This document shows positions 1-8,000 of a DNA stretch of 24,738 nt, one piece after another (the stretch's first letter is position 1; each line of letters starts with the position of its first letter). The position numbers and the translations under genes are program-made. The stretch covers positions 1 to 24,738 of the forward strand of contig CAZDVN010000003.1 in assembly GCA_964508955.1 (NCBI GenBank). Reading direction: 5' to 3'. A model generated the notes under the pieces. That model made no database searches. It was not told the origin of the DNA and was given only the letters and a program-made list of their open reading frames with translations. The stretch comes from an uncultured Candidatus Saccharibacteria bacterium. GTDB taxonomy: Bacteria; Patescibacteriota; Minisyncoccia; Minisyncoccales; Minisyncoccaceae.

Positions 1-75
1 TGGCAGGGGCGGAAGGATTCGAACCCTCAAGACCTGTTTTGGAGACAGGCAGTTTACCGTTAAGCTTACGCCCCT
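1..75 (-). tRNA. tRNA-Trp (CCA), 3' CCA encoded
   Basis: Reverse complement folds as a cloverleaf: acceptor AGGGGCG/CGCCCCT, anticodon arm CCTGT-CTCCAAA-ACAGG, T-loop TTCGAAT, ending GCCA at window position 1. Confidence 0.96.
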
Positions 76-102
76 ATAAAAGAGAAAAGAGGAAATCCCC
101 TT

Positions 103-264
103 TTATCTTTTTACTTCTTTAAAAGTAGCATGTTTTCTACAGAGTTTACAAAACTTACTCATCTCTAGTTTCTCTTCAACTGCTTTTGTTTTTCTAGTAA
201 AGTAAGATATTTTCTTACAATCCTGACAAACTATCTTTGTTAATTTTTTCTTTTTTGTTGCCAT
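103..264 (-). CDS. rpmG: 50S ribosomal protein bL33, zinc-binding (C+) form, 53 aa; not in the supplied ORF track
   Basis: Hand translation: MATKKKKLTKIVCQDCKKISYFTRKTKAVEEKLEMSKFCKLCRKHATFKEVKR*. Has CxxC...CxxC and the KFCxxCRKH..FKE pattern of L33, and sits next to tRNA-Trp as in the conserved cluster. Confidence 0.95.
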   Translation of the reverse strand: MATKKKKLTKIVCQDCKKISYFTRKTKAVEEKLEMSKFCKLCRKHATFKEVKR

Positions 265-289
265 ATTATTTATAATTTTTAATCTTCTG

Positions 290-361
290 AGCCGATGGCG
301 AGAATCGAACCCGCGACCTTTTCCTTACCAAGGAAATGTTCTGCCACTGAACTACATCGGC
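290..361 (-). tRNA. tRNA-Thr (GGT)
   Basis: GCCGATG/CATCGGC acceptor, anticodon arm TTTCC-TTGGTAA-GGAAA, T-loop TTCGATT; CCA not encoded. Confidence 0.96.
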
Positions 362-383
362 ATTTCCCCCATCGGTCTTTATG

Positions 384-466
384 TGGGCGAGGAGGGACTT
401 GCACCCCCGAAGGCCGAAGCCATCTGATTTACAGTCAGACCCGTTTGACTACTTTGGTACTCGCCC
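384..466 (-). tRNA. tRNA-Tyr (GTA), long variable arm
   Basis: GGGCGAG/CTCGCCC acceptor, anticodon arm TCTGA-CTGTAAA-TCAGA, variable hairpin GGCTTCGGCC, variant T-loop TGCAAGT. Confidence 0.95.
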
Positions 467-481
467 TTTATACACTCTCCT

Positions 482-510
482 ATAGTAGCAAAAAGTTCAT
501 TATTTTTCAA
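482..510 (-). promoter_or_regulatory. Putative sigma70 promoter for tRNA-Tyr/Thr-rpmG-Trp
   Basis: TTGAAA (505-510), 17 nt, then TGc-TACTAT (482-487) on the minus strand, just upstream of tRNA-Tyr. Confidence 0.6.
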
Positions 511-1165
511 TAACCTTTCTCTTCTTATCTTTCCACTCCTGAATATTCTTTTGATGGCCTGAGAGAAGCACCTTTGGAACCTTCCATTTCTCTCCTTTTT
601 TAGGTTCAAATACCTCTGGTCTGGTGTATTCTGGGTATTCAATGAATCCTCCGGACTTAGTCATTCTTTCTTTCAGAAACTCGGGCTTTCCTAAAACGTT
701 AGGAATTGTCCTAGCTATTGTTTCCATCACTATCATGGCAGGTAACTCCCCTCCCATTAAATCATATTCTCCAATTGATATCATTTCGTCAGCGATGTTT
801 TTTGCAACCCTCTCGTCAATTCCTTCGTATCTTCCACAAATGAATATTAGATTGTCGTACTTGCTTAATTGATAAGCTTTCTTCTGGTTAAATTGTTTAC
901 CTCTAGGACTGAATAAAATAATCCTGTTTTTCTTCTTTTTTTTAATACCTTTGATGGCCTTAAAAATTGGCTCAACTTTTAGAACCATTCCAAGCCCTCC
1001 TCCGTAAGGTCTATCGTCAACCGTTTTTCTTTCATTAGTTGCCCAGTCTCTTAGATTATGAATATTGATTTTAATAATCTTCTTATCCTGAGCTTTTTTA
1101 ATAAAAGATTCTTTTAAGTAGGAATCAAATATATTCGGGAAAATTGTGATAATATCGAACTGCAT
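500..1165 (-). CDS. trmD: tRNA (guanine37-N1)-methyltransferase TrmD
   Basis: Motifs FDIITIFP, DDRPYGGGxGMV, SPRGK, CGRYEGIDER, GGELPA, YPEYTRP and VLLSGH. Confidence 0.97.
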   Translation of the reverse strand: MQFDIITIFPNIFDSYLKESFIKKAQDKKIIKINIHNLRDWATNERKTVDDRPYGGGLGMVLKVEPIFKAIKGIKKKKKNRIILFSPRGKQFNQKKAYQLSKYDNLIFICGRYEGIDERVAKNIADEMISIGEYDLMGGELPAMIVMETIARTIPNVLGKPEFLKERMTKSGGFIEYPEYTRPEVFEPKKGEKWKVPKVLLSGHQKNIQEWKDKKRKVIEK

Positions 1166-1174
1166 AATGTTTTA

Positions 1175-1203
1175 AGTATATATTATAATCTTCTAAAAAA
1201 CAA
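1175..1203 (-). promoter_or_regulatory. Putative promoter for trmD (near-leaderless)
   Basis: TTGTTT (1198-1203), 17 nt, TATACT (1175-1180); the -10 ends 9 nt before the ATG. An alternative TATAAT lies at 1182-1187. Confidence 0.45.
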
Positions 1204-1221
1204 AAAATCCCTTTCGGGATT
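1195..1221 (-). terminator. Intrinsic terminator after khpA
   Basis: Minus-strand hairpin AATCCC-GAAA-GGGATT followed by TTTTTGTTTTT. Confidence 0.75.
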
Positions 1222-1239
1222 AATTGTTTTAATAGTAAA

Positions 1240-1599
1240 CTATATCTTAAAATCTTCAAAGTCCTCTGTTGGGTTGCTTTCTTCTTCCTTAGGAGCAACT
1301 TCTTCCTTAGGAGCAACTTCTCCTTCTGGAGGCCTTCTTCTTGAGCCACCTTCTGGTTCTTCAATTTTAAGGTTAACTCTTGCATGATTTTTAAGACCGA
1401 TGATTCTAACTAAGTTTCTGATAGCTCTAGCTGTAGAACCTTCTTTTCCAATTAGTTGTCCCATGTCTTCTGGGTGAACTCTTACTGTTAGTAAGACTCC
1501 CATTTCGTCAACTTTTCTTTCTACTTTAACTTCTTCTGGATGATCAACTAATGTTTTTACAATGTATTCTAGAAATTCTAAATCTTTTACTTCTGCCAT
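1240..1599 (-). CDS. khpA: KH-domain RNA-binding protein KhpA (YlqC family) with acidic tail
   Basis: LEYIVKTLVDHPEEV, DMGQLIGKEG (GxxG loop), RAIRNLV; located downstream of rpsP. The start at 1599 (MAEVKD) is preferred, but the upstream in-frame ATG at 1650 is possible. Confidence 0.92.
   Translation of the reverse strand: MAEVKDLEFLEYIVKTLVDHPEEVKVERKVDEMGVLLTVRVHPEDMGQLIGKEGSTARAIRNLVRIIGLKNHARVNLKIEEPEGGSRRRPPEGEVAPKEEVAPKEEESNPTEDFEDFKI
1282..1317. repeat. Perfect 18-bp tandem duplication in the khpA tail (EVAPKE x2)
   Basis: ttcttccttaggagcaac at 1282-1299 and 1300-1317. Confidence 0.9.
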
Positions 1600-1672
1600 A
1601 TTCTTTCTTAATGTATTTATTATTGGGTAATTCGACCTTTCCTTGTTCATCTTTTATTTATACCCTATCGAA

Positions 1673-1701
1673 ATTATCTTAAATAAAGAAAAACTTGTCA
1701 A
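1673..1701 (-). promoter_or_regulatory. Putative sigma70 promoter for khpA
   Basis: TTGACA (1696-1701), 17 nt, GATAAT (1673-1678), immediately after the rpsP stop. Confidence 0.65.
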
Positions 1702-1703
1702 TA

Positions 1704-2186
1704 TTATTCACTTTTTTCTTCTGTTTTTGGCTCTTCAATTTTAGTTTCTTCTTCTACTGGTTTCTCTTCAATCACTTCTTCTACCTTAGCTTCTTCTTTA
1801 GCTTCTTCTGCTTTAGGCTCTTCTACCTTAGCTTCCTCCACTTTAGGTTCTTCTACTTTAGGTTCTTCCACTTTTGGCTTTTCTGCCTTAGGTGCTTCTT
1901 CAGCTTTAACTTCTACTTTTTTACCTAGTCTCATTTTTCTCTTTTCTCCTTCAATGATTTTTTCGGATATAAGCATATTGTGAATTGTGTCTGATGGTTG
2001 AGCTCCTACACTTATCCAATGTTGAATTCTTTCTGCATTGAGGATCCTTTCATTTGTAAGAGGATTATAGAATCCTACTTGCTCAACAAACACTCCTCCT
2101 TGGGGAGGATTATCTTTATCTGTAACGACAATCTTATATGCAGGTTGCTTTTTCTTTCCTACTCTGAATAATCTAATTTTTAACAT
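1704..2186 (-). CDS. rpsP: 30S ribosomal protein bS16 with a long acidic repeat tail
   Basis: MLKIRLFRVGKKKQPAYKIVV, GFYNP, WISVGAQPSDT; residues ~90-160 are low-complexity E/K/P/V/A. Confidence 0.96.
   Translation of the reverse strand: MLKIRLFRVGKKKQPAYKIVVTDKDNPPQGGVFVEQVGFYNPLTNERILNAERIQHWISVGAQPSDTIHNMLISEKIIEGEKRKMRLGKKVEVKAEEAPKAEKPKVEEPKVEEPKVEEAKVEEPKAEEAKEEAKVEEVIEEKPVEEETKIEEPKTEEKSE
1797..1886 (-). repeat. Six degenerate 15-bp (pentapeptide) repeats in the S16 tail
   Basis: AEKPK-VEEPK-VEEPK-VEEAK-VEEPK-AEEAK (aa 101-130), with 15-nt periodicity visible in the DNA. Confidence 0.85.
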
Positions 2187-2211
2187 ATTTTTATTTTTAA
2201 TTGACGATAGT

Positions 2212-2240
2212 ATAATACACCAAATCTAAAATGTTTTCAA
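2212..2240 (-). promoter_or_regulatory. Putative promoter for rpsP
   Basis: TTGAAA (2235-2240), 17 nt, TATTAT (2212-2217). Confidence 0.55.
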
Positions 2241-2242
2241 CC

Positions 2243-2956
2243 CTATTTCCAACTTTTAGTTTTAAGAGCTTCTTCTGCGGCCCTTAATTCAGCTTCATGC
2301 TTACTTGTTCCCTCTCCTTTAGCGATAAGCTCTTCGTCTAGGAAGGCTCCAACAACAAAGCTTTTTTGATGGTCAGGACCAACCTCTTCTATAACTTGAT
2401 AAATTGGCGTAATTGAAAGTATCTCTTGAGATTTCTCTTGAAAAAGAGATTTAGGATCCTTGAATAGCTTTTTTTCTATTATTTCAGGAAGCTTTGCTTT
2501 AATTAATTTTTCTTCAAGAAATTTTCTAACCACTTCATATCCTGAATCTAGATATAGTGAACCAATGAATGCTTCGAAGGTATCGCTTAATATATACTTT
2601 CTTGCTTTTCCTTTTTCTTTTTTTTCTCCTGAAGACAGTAAGAGAAACTTTTCAAAATTCATTTCTCTGGCTGTATCCGAGAGGATATTGGCATTTACTA
2701 GTGAGGCCCTCCATCCCGTCATTTCTCCTTCTGGCTTTAAAGGATAATTTCTATAGAGATAGTCAGTTGTTATTAATTCCAGAACTGCGTCTCCTAAAAA
2801 TTCAAGTCTTTCGTTATGTCCCAAGTAAAAACTAGGATTTTCATTTAGATATGAACGATGACAGAATGCTTGAGTTAAGAGATCCTTGTTTTTAAAACAA
2901 ACTCCTAAGGAATTCTCTAGCTCTGAAAAATCTTTACTTTTGTCCTTTTTCATCAT
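2243..2956 (-). CDS. rnc: Ribonuclease III
   Basis: Signature [28 protein letters not shown] and a C-terminal dsRBD ([10 protein letters not shown]). ATG at 2956/2953 overlaps the end of nusB; the ORF-track start at 2971 is a TTG. Confidence 0.97.
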   Translation of the reverse strand: MMKKDKSKDFSELENSLGVCFKNKDLLTQAFCHRSYLNENPSFYLGHNERLEFLGDAVLELITTDYLYRNYPLKPEGEMTGWRASLVNANILSDTAREMNFEKFLLLSSGEKKEKGKARKYILSDTFEAFIGSLYLDSGYEVVRKFLEEKLIKAKLPEIIEKKLFKDPKSLFQEKSQEILSITPIYQVIEEVGPDHQKSFVVGAFLDEELIAKGEGTSKHEAELRAAEEALKTKSWK

Positions 2957-3386
2957 TAGTTTTTTCTTCAATTAATTCTCGATATATTGTTCCCAAAACT
3001 CCATTAACAAATTTTCTTGAATTTTCTCCTCCAAAATTCTTAGCTAGCTCAATTGATTCATTTATTGCTACTTTTGGCGGAACCTCATCTTTGTCTTCAT
3101 ACAAAAGCTCAAATATGCCTATCCTTAAAATATTTCTATCTAGTGGATTTATTTGGTTTATGGGCCATTCCGGGGCCGTTTTTTCAATGATTTGATTTAT
3201 CAGTTCGAAGTTTTCTTCTACTCCGGAGACTAGTGCCCAGATAAAATCATAACCTTCAAGTCCTTTTCCAAATTCTTCAATGTTTCTTTCAGTTATTTTA
3301 ATGAGATTTTCTTTTATTTTTCCATGAAAATCCCACTCATATAAACTTTGCATTGCTACTGATCTTGAAAGGTGCCTTGAAGCCAT
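2934..3386 (-). CDS. nusB: Transcription antitermination factor NusB
   Basis: [44 protein letters not shown]. Confidence 0.97.
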   Translation of the reverse strand: MASRHLSRSVAMQSLYEWDFHGKIKENLIKITERNIEEFGKGLEGYDFIWALVSGVEENFELINQIIEKTAPEWPINQINPLDRNILRIGIFELLYEDKDEVPPKVAINESIELAKNFGGENSRKFVNGVLGTIYRELIEEKTNDEKGQK

Positions 3387-3395
3387 GTTTTTTGA

Positions 3396-3638
3396 TTATT
3401 TAGTTTCAGCTTTTTCTTCGATTTCTTTCGTTCTTCTTTTTTGTTCTTTTTTCTCTAATTTAGCCATAACATTTATTGCTTCTTTTCCATTATAGAAACC
3501 ACAATAACCACACGCTGTGTGGGGCAAGAATGGTTTTTGACACTTTGGACATAAAACTAAATTAGGTTCTTTTATGAATATATTTCCCCTTCTTCTATCT
3601 CTTCTTGATTGATTTTGTCTTTGTTTTGGTACTGCCAT
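3396..3638 (-). CDS. rpmF: 50S ribosomal protein bL32 (C+ form) with charged C-terminal extension
   Basis: MAVPKQR..SRRDRRR, CPKC..PHTACGYCGFY. Confidence 0.96.
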   Translation of the reverse strand: MAVPKQRQNQSRRDRRRGNIFIKEPNLVLCPKCQKPFLPHTACGYCGFYNGKEAINVMAKLEKKEQKRRTKEIEEKAETK

Positions 3639-3663
3639 ATTTTTATCTTTAAACTATGATATT

Positions 3664-3691
3664 ATTATACATTTTTAATTATCTTTGTCAA
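3664..3691 (-). promoter_or_regulatory. Consensus sigma70 promoter for rpmF-nusB-rnc
   Basis: TTGACA (3686-3691, overlapping the rnhB TGA), 16 nt, TATAAT (3664-3669). Confidence 0.75.
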
Positions 3692-4302
3692 AAGGGTTTA
3701 AAGCTTTTTCTGTGTATCTCGCATTTTCCATATTTTTTAATATTTTCCATATGTTCTTTTGTCCCATATCCTTTATGTTTCTTGAAATTATATTGAGAAT
3801 ATTTTTTGTCATACAGAAGCATTATTTCATCTCTTTTTACTTTTGCAATTATACTGGCAGTACTAACTGAAAATACTTTTTTATCAGCACCAATAATTGA
3901 TTTTTGTTCAATTTCTATGTCAATTTTCATGTTTCCATCAAGAATTAAAAAATCGACCTTAATATTGTTTCTTTCTTCTAAATCTTTAATCGCCAAGTTC
4001 ATTGCTAATTTTGTTGCTTCCAGTATGTTAATCTCATCAATTATTTTCTCTGAAACAATGCCTACCCCCCATTTGAATCTTTTATCATTGATAATTTGCT
4101 CATAAACTTCTTTTCTTTTATTCTCCAGTAATAGCTTAGAATCTTTTATAAGCTTGTTTTTTCTAAGATCAAGAAAATCTTTCTCAGAAACAAAAACAGC
4201 TCCCGCAGATACTGGTCCAGCAAGAGGTCCCCTTCCTGCCTCATCAATTCCGGTAACATACTTAAAACCTTCTTTCCAAAGTTTTTCTTCTTCTTGTAAC
4301 AT
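3688..4302 (-). CDS. rnhB: Ribonuclease HII
   Basis: GIDEAGRGPLAGPV, DSK, LDG, ASIIAKVKRD, HKGYGT, HRKSF. Confidence 0.97.
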   Translation of the reverse strand: MLQEEEKLWKEGFKYVTGIDEAGRGPLAGPVSAGAVFVSEKDFLDLRKNKLIKDSKLLLENKRKEVYEQIINDKRFKWGVGIVSEKIIDEINILEATKLAMNLAIKDLEERNNIKVDFLILDGNMKIDIEIEQKSIIGADKKVFSVSTASIIAKVKRDEIMLLYDKKYSQYNFKKHKGYGTKEHMENIKKYGKCEIHRKSFKPF

Positions 4303-4348
4303 ACTTAAATTTGATATATTATATATAGTATAATCATAATATTAGCAT
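4303..4348. promoter_or_regulatory. Divergent promoter region with back-to-back -10 boxes
   Basis: 46-bp AT-rich gap; TATAAT on minus at 4318-4323 and TATAAT on plus at 4329-4334. No convincing -35 at correct spacing. Confidence 0.45.
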
Positions 4349-4999
4349 ATGAAGAGTCAAAAGGACAAAAAAACTTTAGGCCAAAGGGAAATTGTAACAG
4401 AAATTAATCTAGCAGAGAAAGAATGCAGGCCCGTTAATCTTTCAAATAGTATCATCCCAGACCTTTCTTCTATAGACAGAATTAAATATGGACTCAATTT
4501 GGAAAATTCTGAAGTACTAATCTCCGTATTTTTAGGAGAAATAATTATTTCGGGAGATTTAAACATGAAAGGAATTGAAATAAAGGGTTCTCTTTATTTG
4601 GGCAATTCTAGTATAAAAGAAGATTTAATTCTTGAAAATGCGATTATTAATGGAGCCGTTAATTTAGTTGGGTCAAAAATAAAAGGCAGCGTTAATGCAA
4701 AAGGGATTAAGACAAGTGGATTTTTAAGCTTAAGCAAGTCAGAAATAGGAGGAGATGTTATATTGGAAAATGCAGAAATTAAAAACGCTGAATACGATGA
4801 CTTGATAGTCAGAGGAGATTTATTTATAGATACGGCTGACATTAAAGGTTCTCTTAATTTGGGAAAGACAAAAACAGAGGGAGTAATTAATTTAGAGAAA
4901 ACTCAAATTGGAAACAATATTATTTTAACGGGAGCAGAAAGTAAAAAAGGAGAAATAGACACAAACATGATTAAGATTGAGGGAAAGAAAATTATCTAA
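4349..4999 (+). CDS. Hypothetical protein with 11-residue repeats (predicted beta-solenoid; resembles the 11-aa-period pentapeptide-repeat families)
   Basis: Consensus I-x-G-x-[LV]-x-L-x-x-[AST]-x recurring at aa 45, 56, 67, 78, 89, 100, 111, 122, 133, then 154, 165, 176, 187. No signal peptide or TM segment seen. Confidence 0.75.
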   Translation: MKSQKDKKTLGQREIVTEINLAEKECRPVNLSNSIIPDLSSIDRIKYGLNLENSEVLISVFLGEIIISGDLNMKGIEIKGSLYLGNSSIKEDLILENAIINGAVNLVGSKIKGSVNAKGIKTSGFLSLSKSEIGGDVILENAEIKNAEYDDLIVRGDLFIDTADIKGSLNLGKTKTEGVINLEKTQIGNNIILTGAESKKGEIDTNMIKIEGKKII

Positions 5000-5007
5000 A
5001 AGACAAA

Positions 5008-8000
5008 ATGAACAAAAAATTTACACATTTGCATTTACATTCCCACTATTCTCTTTTAGATGGATTATCAAAAATTGATGATATTTTGGATAGAGTAAAA
5101 GAATTAGGAATGGATTCGGTCGCACTAACAGACCATGGCGTTATGTATGGTTCCATTGAGTTTTATGAAAAAGCTAAAGCAAAAGGAATAAAGCCTATCA
5201 TTGGTTGTGAAATCTATGAAGCATCAACAAGCATGGATGGAAAGAGTCCTGACCCAGAAAACAAAAGACATCACCTTGTTCTTTTAGTAAAAAACGAAAA
5301 AGGCTATAACAACTTAGTTAAAATTGTAACCGAAGCTCATTTGAGAGGTTTTTATTATAAGCCAAGAGTTGATTTAGAATTTTTAGAAAAATACTCTGAA
5401 GGACTTATTGCAACTACAGCTTGTTTGCAAGGAAGAATTCCTCATCTTTTATTGTCAAACAGAAAAGAAGAAGCAGAAAAAATGGCTTTAAGATACCAGA
5501 AAATTTTTGGCAAGGATAATTTTTATCTTGAATTACAACATCATCCAGGAATCCCTGAACAAAAAAGAGTGAATGATATGATGATTGATTTAAGTAGAAA
5601 AACTGGAATACCTCTTATTGCTACTAATGATTGTCATTATATAAATAAAGATGATGCTGAAGCTCAAGATGTATTAATGTTAATTAATACAGGTGCCGAT
5701 ATTAACGACAAAGAAAGACTATCAATGAAAATAGATGATTTTAGTATAAAGTCAGCTGAAGAAATGATAGAAGACTTTAAAGATGTTCCTGAGGCGATAG
5801 AAAATACATTTAAGATTGCAGAGGCTTGTAATTTAGAATTAAAATTAGGAGAATTTAATCTTCCCACTTTTGATGTTCCGGAAGGTAAAACAGTGGAGGG
5901 CTATTTAAGAGAATTATGTTATTTAGGTATTGAAAAAAAATACAATATTAAGTCAGAGGAATTAGATAATATTAATAAGTCTGTCTCAGAGGGAAAAGAA
6001 ATAAAAGAAATAAAAGATGAGAAACTTAAAGAAGTAATTGAAAGAATGGAATATGAATTAAGCGTTATTAATAAAACCGGTTTCCCCGGATATTTTTTAA
6101 TTGTTCAAGATTTTGTTTCTTGGGCTAAAAGTAATCGAATTGTCGTTGGCCCTGGAAGAGGCTCTGCCGGAGGATCAATTGTTGCTTACCTAACAAATAT
6201 TACCAATGTAGACCCTTTAAAATACGATTTATATTTTCAAAGATTTTTAAATCCCGACAGAATCTCTCCTCCTGATATTGACTTAGACTTTGCTGATAAA
6301 AGAAGAGATGAGGTTATTAATTATGTTGCTGAGAAATATGGAAGAGATAAAGTTGCTCAAATTATTACATTTGGAACTATGGCTGGCAGAGCAAGTATCA
6401 GAGATGTTGGGAGAGCTCTTGGATATCAATATTCATACTGTGACAAATTAGCAAAATTAATACCAACAGGATTTGATTTAAAAGATACTTTAGAAAAGAT
6501 AGAAGAATTTAAAGATTTATATGAGAATGACAGTGATGCAAAAAAACTAATTGATTTAGCCTTAAAGATAGAAGGTTGTGCCAGGCATGCTTCAACTCAT
6601 GCTTGTGGCGTTGTTATCTCAAGTTCATCTCTTGAAAAAATAGTACCAACTCAACATCCTACTCAAAATGAAAATTCAATAGTTACCCAATATGAAATGC
6701 ATGCCGTTGAATCAATGGGACTTCTTAAGGTTGATTTTTTAGGACTTAAAAACTTAACAATTATTGAAGAAACATTAAAAAGAATATATGCCGTTAGGGG
6801 GATGAATGTTGATATTGATAATATTCCCCTTGACGATGAAAAAACTTTTAAATTACTTCAGTCTGGAGATTGTATCGGGGTTTTTCAATTAGAGTCTGGA
6901 GGGATGAGAAGATACTTAAAACAATTAAAACCAACTGAAATTGAAGATATTATTGCCATGGTTTCATTGTATCGCCCTGGACCGATGCAAAATATTCCTG
7001 GATATATTAGTGGAAAAAATAATATAGATAACGTTCACTATATTCATCCAAAACTAAAGCCAATATTAGAATCAACTTACGGGATTCCTGTTTACCAAGA
7101 ACAAGTCATGCGTATTGCTCAAGAGATGGCAGGATTCACCTTAGCCGAAGCAGATATACTGAGAAAGGCGATAGGTAAGAAAATAGAAAAACTATTGATG
7201 GAGCAAGAGGATAAGTTCGTTTCAGGAATGAAAAAAAATAATATTAGTAAGGAGATTGCCTTAGAAATTTGGCACTGGATAGAGCCCTTTGCTAGATATT
7301 CATTTAATAAAAGTCATGCTGCTTGCTATGCGATTATTGCTTACCAAACAGCTTACCTAAAAGCAAACTATCCAGTTGAATATATGGCAGCAATATTGAC
7401 CGCTGAACAATCTGACCTAGACAGAATAGCTATCCTTATTGAAGAGTGTAAAAAAATGAAGCTAGAAGTTTTGCCTCCAGAAATTAACGAAAGCTTTAGT
7501 AACTTTAGTGTTGTTCCAGAAAAATATAAAGTACGTTTTGGTTTATCCGCTATTAAAAATGTTGGATATAATGTTGTTGAATTAATTATCAACGAAAGAA
7601 AGGATAAGGGAGACTTTAAGTCAATCCAAGATTTTATTTCTCGCGTAGACAGTAAAGTTTTAAACAAGAAGTCTTTGGAAAGCTTAACAAGGGCTGGAGT
7701 TTTTGATAATTTAAAAGAAAGAAACCAAATTCTCTTTAATCTAGAAAATCTCTTAGAATGGTCAAAAAGCAATCAAAGAATAAAAGATAGTGGGCAAATA
7801 GGATTATTTGGAAGTTCTGTTGATACTGAAATTAAATTAAATGAGACTGAAGAAATGAAAGATGAAGATAAGCTAACTTGGGAAAAAGAATTATTAGGTC
7901 TTTACATTTCTGGGCATCCCTTAGAAAAACATCGAAGCTTTCTTGAAAATCAAGCTGCATCTATAAGAAAAATTAATGTTGACTTAGCCTTCTCCGGAGA

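Noticed and set aside
51-66. C12xA23 mismatch or bulge in the tRNA-Trp D-stem
   Set aside because: A single irregularity that cannot be told apart from ordinary lineage variation or a base-call error.
84-104. Imperfect hairpin between rpmG and tRNA-Trp
   Set aside because: The stem is short and mismatched; too weak to call a terminator.
362-383. CCGATG in the Tyr-Thr spacer repeating the tRNA-Thr 5' end (possible att site or tRNA fragment)
   Set aside because: Only 6 bp, expected by chance; no integrase nearby.
295-642. ORFs 295..513 (+) and 379..642 (-)
   Set aside because: They overlap the tRNA-Thr and tRNA-Tyr genes and trmD; GC-rich tRNA sequence suppresses stops. No protein motifs.
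1695-1928. Phe-rich 77-aa ORF that looks like a membrane peptide
   Set aside because: It is the antisense reading of the GAA/AAA-rich S16 tail.
2201-2216. TTGACG...TATAAT on the plus strand upstream of rpsP
   Set aside because: The spacer is only 4 nt, and no plus-strand gene follows.
4311-4334. TTGATA...TATAAT as a full promoter for the repeat protein
   Set aside because: The 12-nt spacer is too short; only the -10 box is retained as a candidate.
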